DNA of 64,000 nucleotides from Candidatus Latescibacterota bacterium (GTDB lineage Bacteria; Latescibacterota; UBA2968): NCBI GenBank assembly GCA_965232265.1, contig CBDDPH010000002.1, positions 1,176,290 to 1,240,289 of the forward strand, read 5' to 3'. Shown piece by piece: positions 56,940 to 64,000 of this stretch (position 1 is its first letter; each line of letters starts with the position of its first letter). The notes under the pieces were generated by a model. It saw only the letters and a program-made list of their open reading frames with translations, ran no database searches and was not told where the DNA came from. The position numbers and the translations under genes were made by a program.

Positions 56940-59900
56940 ATGAAATCCTCTGACTTTGTCCATTTGCACAGCCACACCATGTACAGCCTGCTCGATGGCG
57001 CGTCCAAAATAGAAGATATTGCCCAAATAGCCGCCGAATGGGGCATGCCTGCGGTTGCAATGACCGATCACGGCAATCTCTTTGGCGCCATTGATTTTTA
57101 TCGCGCGATGAGAGATGTGGATGTCAATCCGATTATTGGGTGCGAAGTGTATTGCGCGCTCGGAAGTCGATTTGACAGAAAATCTGCGCCGGGTCTTCAG
57201 AGCAATTCAAACCATCTGGTTTTGCTGGTGAAAAATTATACGGGCTATAAAAATTTGATCAAGCTGGTATCTGCCGGGTATCTCGAGGGCTTTTATTACA
57301 ATCCGCGCATAGACAAAGACTTGCTGCGCCAGCATTCGGAAGGGCTGATTTGCCTATCGGCGTGCGTCGGGGGCGAGATCCCCTATTTGATCGAACGCGA
57401 GGGATACAAGGCGGCGCAAAAGGCCGTGGAGACGTATCTCGATATTTTCGGCGATGACTATTATCTGGAGATTCAGCGGCACGGCATTGACAAAGAAAAA
57501 ACGATCAATCCCGGATTGGTCAAGCTACACGAGGAGATGGGCGTGCCCCTGGTGGCGACGAATGATTCGCATTTTACGCGCGCCGACGACCACGAAGCGC
57601 ATGCGGCTCTGGTCGCTATTCAGACGGGCAAGACATTGGACGATCCCAAGCGCATGTGTTATCCCGAAGGCGTGTATTTTAAGTCGGCAGAGGAGATGTA
57701 CGAGCTGTTTCGGGATATGCCGCACGTTTTGGAACCCACGCTCGAGATCGCCGAAAAATGCAATCTCGAGATTGCATTTGACGAATATCACGCGCCCGAT
57801 TTTCCCTTGCCAGAGCGGTATGATGCGGCCAGCGATTATCTGGGCGATCTGGCGCGTGCGGGCATGGAGGCGCGGTGCAAGCAGGTGACTGCCGAGCACG
57901 AGGAACGCCTGGCATTTGAGTTGGGCGTGATCGATCAGACGGGATATCCGGGCTATTTTTTAATTTTGCACGATGTGATGCAATTTTCCAATGCCTCGGA
58001 TATCCGCGCAGGCGCGCGCGGGTCTGCGGTGAGCAGCCTGGTGGCTTACGCACTGGGGATCACGGCTGTGGATCCCATTGAATACGGGCTGGTCTTCGAG
58101 CGGTTTTTGAATCCCGAACGCATCTCGCCGCCCGATATCGATCTCGATATCGCCGACCGCGACCGCGAGCAGATCATCGATTACGTGGTGCAAAAATACG
58201 GGCGCGACAATGTGTGTCAGGTCATTACGTTTGGCACAATGGGCGCGAAGGGCGTGATCCGCGATGTGGGGCGGGTGTTGGACCGGCCATTTGCAGATGT
58301 CGATAGAATTTCAAAACTGGTCCCCGCCGAATTGAAGATGACGCTCGATAAAGCACTCGATCAGGTGCCCGAGTTGCGTCAGATTGCGGAAGATGGGGAC
58401 ATGGGGCAAAAGATGATCGGCATGGGTAAGCAACTCGAAGGGCTGGCGCGCCATGCGTCGATTCACGCGGCTGCGGTGGTGATTACGCCCGAGCCTGTGA
58501 CCGAGTTTATGCCCGTCTATAAAGCGCCCAAAGGCGGCGAGGTGATGACGCAGTACAATATGCACCACGTGGAAGACCTGGGCTTTTTGAAGATGGATTT
58601 TTTGGGCATTCGCAATCTGACGGTGATTGACGATGCGGTGAAGATGGTGAAGGAAAATTACGGCGTGGATGTGGATGTGGATAATTTGCCCTTGGACGAT
58701 GAGGCGACCTATCGCCTGTTTGGCCGAGGCGATACGACCGGGATATTCCAGTTTGAGAGCGCGGGGATGAAAGGCCATTTGCAACAATTGCAGCCGGATA
58801 CGATTGGCGATATTATTGCGATGAACGCGCTGTATCGCCCGGGACCGATGCAGTATATTCCCAATTACATCGACCGCAAGCACGGGCGGGAAGACGTGAG
58901 CTATGACGACGAGAAAATGCGCCCGGCGCTGGAGGAGACGTACGGCATTATTACTTACCAAGAGCAAGTGCAACGCCTGTGCCGCGACCTGGCCGGATTT
59001 ACACTTGCCAAAGCCGATGGTATCCGCAAAGCCATGGGCAAGAAGTTGGCCGATGTGATGGAACAGTATCGGCTCGAATTTTTAGAGGGCGCCAGTGCCA
59101 ATGGCGTGGAAAAAGACGTTGCAAAAAAAATATGGAAAGACATCGAGGTTTTCTCGGGTTATGGGTTCAACAAGGCGCACAGTGCGGGCTATTCGATGGT
59201 GGCTTACCAGTGCGCGTATCTCAAGGCGCATTATCCGGCTGAATTTATGGCGGCAAATCTCAACAGCGAAATTGGCAACATAGATCGTCTGGTCGTTCTG
59301 GTCGAAGAATGCCGCCGGATGGGTCTGGACGTATTGCCGCCGGATGTGAATGAAGGGCAGGTCGATTTTATGGCTGCCAAAGATGAGATTCGCATGGGTA
59401 TGGCTGCCATTCGCAATGTGGGGCGCAGCGCGGCTCAAGCGATTGTTGCATCGCGTGAAGATGGCCCTTTTGAGTCGCTATTTGATTTTTGCAACCGCGT
59501 GGATTCTCAGGCTGTGAACCGGCGGGGTATCGAAAGTCTGATTAAAGCCGGGGCTTATGATTGCGTGCCGGGGCATCGCGCGCAGTTGCTCGAAGCCTTA
59601 GATCACGCCCTGGAGATGGCGCAATCTGTGCAGACGGATCGCGCGCGCGGGCAGATTTCCATGTTTGAAATGGCCGAGATGCAAACGCAAGTGGTGAACG
59701 ACCAATCGTTGCCCGAAGTTGAGGAATGGAACGAGCGCGAACGCCTCGCTTGCGAAAAAGATATGCTGGGCTTTTATCTTTCGGGGCATCCGCTGGAACG
59801 CTACAGAACCGATTTGGTGGAAATGGGGATGCGATCGGTAAATGATCTGGCGGATTTGCCCGATGGTGCCGAGGTGAAGATTGGGGGCGTGTTGGCCGAG

Positions 59901-60437
59901 GTCAAACCGCATACGACACGCGATGGTAAGCCCATGGCTTTTGGCGCGCTGGAAGATTTGAGCGGCACGGTTGATCTCGTGGTGTTTTCCGATCATTTTG
60001 AAAAATTGCGCGAACAATTATTGGTCGATGAAATGGTGGTTTTGCAAGGTCGGTTTTCCGCGCGCAATGGGCGGTCTTCGGTGCAGGTTGAAAATGTGAT
60101 GCCCATCGAGCAGGCGCGCGAGCAACTGGCCGATACCGTCAATGTGATGTTGCCGGGCGAGTTGATTCGGATGGAGCCGCTCAAATCGCTGCATACCTTG
60201 TGTCTGAAACATCCGGGCAACTGTCAGTTGCGATTGCATCTAAAATTGGAGCGCGACCATGTCGTCCTGTCCCGCCAAGTTCAGGTGTTGCCTTCTGATG
60301 CCCTGTTGCACGAGATTGCCGAACTCACGGGCGGCAGGGCCAATGCATGGGTATCAACCGAGGCGGGACGCGCCCGACGCACGGCGAGACGCCAACCCGA
60401 TGACAGGGTCTTCGAGGGGGGGGTTGTCACGGCGTGA
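56940..60437 (+). CDS. dnaE: DNA polymerase III alpha subunit
   Basis: PHP domain FVHLHSHTMYSLLDGA, polymerase core and OB-fold. True start is the ATG at 56940, not the ORF-track 56814. Confidence 0.9.
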   Translation: MKSSDFVHLHSHTMYSLLDGASKIEDIAQIAAEWGMPAVAMTDHGNLFGAIDFYRAMRDVDVNPIIGCEVYCALGSRFDRKSAPGLQSNSNHLVLLVKNYTGYKNLIKLVSAGYLEGFYYNPRIDKDLLRQHSEGLICLSACVGGEIPYLIEREGYKAAQKAVETYLDIFGDDYYLEIQRHGIDKEKTINPGLVKLHEEMGVPLVATNDSHFTRADDHEAHAALVAIQTGKTLDDPKRMCYPEGVYFKSAEEMYELFRDMPHVLEPTLEIAEKCNLEIAFDEYHAPDFPLPERYDAASDYLGDLARAGMEARCKQVTAEHEERLAFELGVIDQTGYPGYFLILHDVMQFSNASDIRAGARGSAVSSLVAYALGITAVDPIEYGLVFERFLNPERISPPDIDLDIADRDREQIIDYVVQKYGRDNVCQVITFGTMGAKGVIRDVGRVLDRPFADVDRISKLVPAELKMTLDKALDQVPELRQIAEDGDMGQKMIGMGKQLEGLARHASIHAAAVVITPEPVTEFMPVYKAPKGGEVMTQYNMHHVEDLGFLKMDFLGIRNLTVIDDAVKMVKENYGVDVDVDNLPLDDEATYRLFGRGDTTGIFQFESAGMKGHLQQLQPDTIGDIIAMNALYRPGPMQYIPNYIDRKHGREDVSYDDEKMRPALEETYGIITYQEQVQRLCRDLAGFTLAKADGIRKAMGKKLADVMEQYRLEFLEGASANGVEKDVAKKIWKDIEVFSGYGFNKAHSAGYSMVAYQCAYLKAHYPAEFMAANLNSEIGNIDRLVVLVEECRRMGLDVLPPDVNEGQVDFMAAKDEIRMGMAAIRNVGRSAAQAIVASREDGPFESLFDFCNRVDSQAVNRRGIESLIKAGAYDCVPGHRAQLLEALDHALEMAQSVQTDRARGQISMFEMAEMQTQVVNDQSLPEVEEWNERERLACEKDMLGFYLSGHPLERYRTDLVEMGMRSVNDLADLPDGAEVKIGGVLAEVKPHTTRDGKPMAFGALEDLSGTVDLVVFSDHFEKLREQLLVDEMVVLQGRFSARNGRSSVQVENVMPIEQAREQLADTVNVMLPGELIRMEPLKSLHTLCLKHPGNCQLRLHLKLERDHVVLSRQVQVLPSDALLHEIAELTGGRANAWVSTEAGRARRTARRQPDDRVFEGGVVTA

Positions 60438-60526
60438 TGAGAAGCATCCGCAGAATGAAGGCGAGTAATGAACTGCTGGTGCAGTTGTACACTGCCCGTG
60501 GATTTCACATCTCACGTCTCACACCT

Positions 60527-61747
60527 TTAATAATCCTCATACCTTTTGGCGTAAATGTTGAGTAACAGACCAACGAGAATTGTGTTTGTGATGAGGGTGG
60601 AGCCGCCGTAGCTCAGGAAAGGCAAAGGCAGGCCCGTGACGGGCATGATGCCGATGGTCATGCCGATGTTGACAAAAATGTGGAAGAAGAGAATGGTCGC
60701 CAAGCCGATGGCGGTCAAGCTGGAGAAGCGGCTTTTGGTCTGTACGGCAATGGACAAGGCGCGCCATAAGATGAACATAAACAATGCCAGAACAAAAAAG
60801 GCACCGATAAACCCAAACTCCTCGCATATAACGGAAAAAATAAAGTCGGTGTGTTGTTCCGGTAAAAAGGCGAGTTTGGTTTGTGTACCTTCTAAAAATC
60901 CCTTGCCCTTGAGGCCACCAGACCCAATGGCGATTTTGGACTGAATGACCTGATAACCCGCGCCGAGTTTGTCCATATTGGGGTCGAGAAAGGTGAGGAT
61001 GCGGTGTTTTTGGTAGTCGTGGAGTTTATTTTCCCACACATAAGGTGCGGCGATAGCAACCGTGAGATTGACCAATAGCAAGATGCTTGCGGTGAATAAA
61101 CGGGGGCGTTCATAGAGAAGGAGGCCAATGAGGATTACTACTATTGCGGCCAGCATCCAGGGGTGAAAAGCACATATCAGGGTGAGGGCAGGAGAGATTA
61201 AAAAGAAGAGATGCGTGGGTCTGGTGCCGGCCCAGAAGAACATGGGTAGGATGAGAATGCTAAAAACCAGAGCGGTTCCCAGGTCGGGTTGCTTAAAAAC
61301 GAGCAAGATGGGCAGGAGGACGAGCAACAGAGGCGGGATAAAGGTATGTGCGCGGGTCAGGTCGCGGTTGCGATAGGCCAAGAAGCGCGCGAGTACCAGG
61401 ACGGTCGTTATTTTGGCGAATTCAGAAGGTTGTATGTGGATGGGGCCAATGTTAAGCCAACGCCGGTCGCCCAATTCGAACACGAGTATCAAAAGCGCGA
61501 TCGTCAGACCGTAGAGGACATACGCCAGGGCATAAAAAAGTTTAAGGGGAATGACCATAGTGATGACCATGACCACAACCCCAAGCAATGTCCAGATGAT
61601 TTGCTTTTCATAAATACTGCCGGCCAGGTCCAAATCCCAATTGTAGCTGGCGCTGTAGATGGCGGTAATGCCCACACTTATACACAGGCATATTGCCAGC
61701 AGGAGGCCGATGTCGAGGTGGCGTCGGACAAATAGAGAAAGATTCAC
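60527..61747 (-). CDS. rodA: rod shape-determining protein RodA (SEDS family)
   Basis: Ten-TM FtsW/RodA/SpoVE family protein. Adjacent to PBP2. Confidence 0.85.
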   Translation of the reverse strand: MNLSLFVRRHLDIGLLLAICLCISVGITAIYSASYNWDLDLAGSIYEKQIIWTLLGVVVMVITMVIPLKLFYALAYVLYGLTIALLILVFELGDRRWLNIGPIHIQPSEFAKITTVLVLARFLAYRNRDLTRAHTFIPPLLLVLLPILLVFKQPDLGTALVFSILILPMFFWAGTRPTHLFFLISPALTLICAFHPWMLAAIVVILIGLLLYERPRLFTASILLLVNLTVAIAAPYVWENKLHDYQKHRILTFLDPNMDKLGAGYQVIQSKIAIGSGGLKGKGFLEGTQTKLAFLPEQHTDFIFSVICEEFGFIGAFFVLALFMFILWRALSIAVQTKSRFSSLTAIGLATILFFHIFVNIGMTIGIMPVTGLPLPFLSYGGSTLITNTILVGLLLNIYAKRYEDY

Positions 61748-61769
61748 AACTACCTCGAAAAATGAGCGG

Positions 61770-63644
61770 TTACTGGTTATTGTCCGCGATCAATTCATCG
61801 GTGGATTTTGGCGCCGCGTGTTCGAAATAGGCTTCGAGCGTTTTTTGTGCAATAGGCGCGGCAACGCGGCCTCCCGAACCGCCGTTTTCAACAATTACGG
61901 CAATGGCAATGCGCGGGTTTTCTGCCGGTGCATAAGCGACAAACCAGGCGTGGTCTTCACCGTGGGAATTTTGTGCGGTACCCGTTTTCCCCGCGACGAC
62001 AATATTGGGTAAACGGGCGCGATGCCCCGTGCCGCCCGGGCTGTTGACCACATCTATCATTATACTTTGCACTGTTTTAATCACCTCTTTCGAGATCGGC
62101 AGAGGTGTGGTTTCTCCCTTTGTACCTTTGATTATCTGCGGGGTGGGTAACTGGCCGGTTGCCAGCGCGCTTGTATAGCGCGCCACCTGAAGGGGCGTTG
62201 CGAGAAGTTCCCCTTGTCCAATGGTCAAGTTGAACATATAGCCACCAGTCCAGAAGCCGTACCTCTGTTTGTAATAGGCTCGGTTGGGCAACAGACCGCG
62301 TGCTTCACCATCGCCTTCCGAAGCGATGTCGATATTTGTCAATTCACCAAAACCGAACATAGCGGCATACCGATGCCAGTCTTCAATGCCCACTTTGAGG
62401 CCGAGTTGATAAAAGAATACGTCACACGATTTTACGAGTGCTTGCCGCAGGTTGATAGTTCCACAACCTCTTTTGTTGTGACATCTAAATCGGCGATCAC
62501 CGTAAAACAGGCCTCCTGTGCATGGTCTCAAGGGATATTCATCGGCTTTGAGTATGCCCATGTCCAAAGCGGCAACCGATGTGACCATCTTGAAGACCGA
62601 AGCGGGTGGATATTCGCCCTTAAGACTGCGGTTGAGCAAGGGGTTGGATGGGGCTATTTGCAAGCGTTGCCAGGCTTTGGGGTCCCGGATAGATCGCGGA
62701 TGAAAACCGGGTTTGCTGACCATGGCTATAATTTCGCCGGACTGTGGATGCATGGCAATCAGGCTGCCGCGCATGCTATCTGCAAAGGCGCGTTCGGCGG
62801 CATGCTGTACGCGCCAGTCGAGCGCGAGCCACAGATCTTCACCAGAAATGGGAGGGTCTGTTTTTTCGGGGAAAATACCCACCTCGCGTCCCTTTGCATT
62901 TACTTCGATGTATCGGACACCTTTATGACCCCGCATCCGGTCTTCAAATATGCGCTCAATACCGCGTTTTCCAATCTGATCGTCGTAGCTATATCCCCGC
63001 GTTTTCAGGTGGGTATATTGAGATGCGTTGATAAGCCCGACATAGCCCAAAATATGGGGGGCTAAGACCAGGGGGTTACTGGCGTTGTGCTGCGCGTGCA
63101 AAAACTCGGTGGATATCACCGAGAGTGTGTCAAAGATGGGATAGCTCCTGCGGAGTTCGATTTGAATTTCTACACCTGGAAAGTCATAGCGGTTTTCTTC
63201 GATAATGGAAATGGCTTCAAACCCCACATCGCGCTTGAGTTTGACTGGGTCGTAAAAATACCGGTTGTGCAGTTGCAATTTTTTTTTAATTGTTTCACAG
63301 GGCAGATCCACAATTTGCCCGAGGCGTTCGAGAAGCCCATTGCATTTGTCTTCTTCAATATTTGCCAAAAAGCGAGGGGGAATGACCGAAATGTTATAAG
63401 ACGGTCTGTTATCGACCAAAATGATACCGTTGCGGTCGCGGATCAGCCCGCGATTGGCCTGGATGATGACGGGCTGCATGGTATTCTTTTCAGATTTGAT
63501 GCGATACTGTTCCCCTTCGGCAATCTGCAACATATAGAGGCGAATGCCCAATATGGCAAAGAGGAATGCGACAACGCCAAAAAGAAAGCGGGCGCGACAC
63601 TCTCGAATGCCGTTATGTGTGAAGTCATTCTGCATGGGATTCAA
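61770..63644 (-). CDS. mrdA: penicillin-binding protein 2
   Basis: N-terminal TM anchor, dimerisation domain and transpeptidase SxxK (ASVFK), SxN and KTG motifs. Confidence 0.85.
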   Translation of the reverse strand: MNPMQNDFTHNGIRECRARFLFGVVAFLFAILGIRLYMLQIAEGEQYRIKSEKNTMQPVIIQANRGLIRDRNGIILVDNRPSYNISVIPPRFLANIEEDKCNGLLERLGQIVDLPCETIKKKLQLHNRYFYDPVKLKRDVGFEAISIIEENRYDFPGVEIQIELRRSYPIFDTLSVISTEFLHAQHNASNPLVLAPHILGYVGLINASQYTHLKTRGYSYDDQIGKRGIERIFEDRMRGHKGVRYIEVNAKGREVGIFPEKTDPPISGEDLWLALDWRVQHAAERAFADSMRGSLIAMHPQSGEIIAMVSKPGFHPRSIRDPKAWQRLQIAPSNPLLNRSLKGEYPPASVFKMVTSVAALDMGILKADEYPLRPCTGGLFYGDRRFRCHNKRGCGTINLRQALVKSCDVFFYQLGLKVGIEDWHRYAAMFGFGELTNIDIASEGDGEARGLLPNRAYYKQRYGFWTGGYMFNLTIGQGELLATPLQVARYTSALATGQLPTPQIIKGTKGETTPLPISKEVIKTVQSIMIDVVNSPGGTGHRARLPNIVVAGKTGTAQNSHGEDHAWFVAYAPAENPRIAIAVIVENGGSGGRVAAPIAQKTLEAYFEHAAPKSTDELIADNNQ

Positions 63645-64000
63645 TATTGAAAAGTGAGAAATGGGTAAAAACAGATGACAATGCCGTGCCCAACGCGGCT
63701 GTGTAAAGGCCTGTACCCAATCCGACGCTCAAAATTTTGAACGGTTGCGAAAGAAAAAAAAAGAAAATAATATCATGTAAAAGTGTTGCTAAAAATAAAA
63801 TAGTGGCTTGTGCTCGTAGAGCTTCTGTGGCGATACTCACACGGCTATGACCTGCGAAAAAACCAATCAGGCTATTGCCGAGGGCATTGACACCCAAAAG
63901 CGTGCTGGGGTCGTATATGTCGATGAGCAGTCCCGATATAAAACCCAGTGCTGTCGCTTCGATTTGTCCTCGGGTAAAGGCAATCAAAACCAGTATGATG
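63625..64000 (-). CDS. mreD: rod shape-determining protein MreD (C-terminal part; start lies beyond the window)
   Basis: Multi-TM hydrophobic protein upstream of and overlapping mrdA. Open frame continues to the window edge. Confidence 0.55.
   Translation of the reverse strand, partial: IILVLIAFTRGQIEATALGFISGLLIDIYDPSTLLGVNALGNSLIGFFAGHSRVSIATEALRAQATILFLATLLHDIIFFFFLSQPFKILSVGLGTGLYTAALGTALSSVFTHFSLFNIESHAE

Noticed and set aside
1-64000. tRNA, rRNA, transposase/IS elements, integrases, prophage genes
   Set aside because: None recognised by eye in intergenic regions. A tRNAscan/Infernal run would be needed to exclude small RNAs definitively.

Overview
This is a 64-kb bacterial chromosomal window at roughly 57% GC, densely coded, with most genes on the minus strand. 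Gene content (a short ~286-aa primary-type sigma-70 lacking region 1.1, a GWxTD-like secreted protein, DUF4159/DUF4175-like proteins co-clustered with MoxR) suggests an FCB-superphylum-like organism (Gemmatimonadota/Bacteroidota relatives), but this is inference. From 1 to 38 kb and from 55.5 to 64 kb the genes are ordinary housekeeping functions: Gfo/Idh/MocA oxidoreductase, dusA, a 2-hydroxyacid dehydrogenase, a fused indolepyruvate:ferredoxin oxidoreductase, lipA, miaB, queG, a SufU/IscU-like scaffold, rny, iscA, peroxiredoxin, sod, panCB, a deoxynucleoside kinase, folKB, ygfZ-like, qor, a Nudix hydrolase, the sigma factor, murD, a MurC/Mpl-family ligase, an LD-carboxypeptidase, aroA, dnaE, rodA, mrdA and mreD. 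A co-directional MoxR cluster lies at 25.0-33.3 kb. The stand-out region is a type I-B-like CRISPR-Cas island at 38.7-55.5 kb. It has a 49-repeat array (37-bp repeat GTTTCAATCCTTGTTCTGTTGGAATGTCCTGCTGAAT) with the cas genes in the order cas8b-cas7-cas5-cas3-cas6-cas1-cas2-cas4 on the minus strand. Immediately upstream of cas8b are a WYL regulator, a DUF3800 protein and a degenerate repeat-spacer-repeat mini-array; there is also a strong plus-strand promoter-terminator unit inside the cas operon. A solo Cas4-like nuclease with a 97-aa partner is coupled to aroA. No rRNA, tRNA or transposase genes were recognised by eye. Coordinates of my own features are hand-counted and may be off by 1-3 nt in places.
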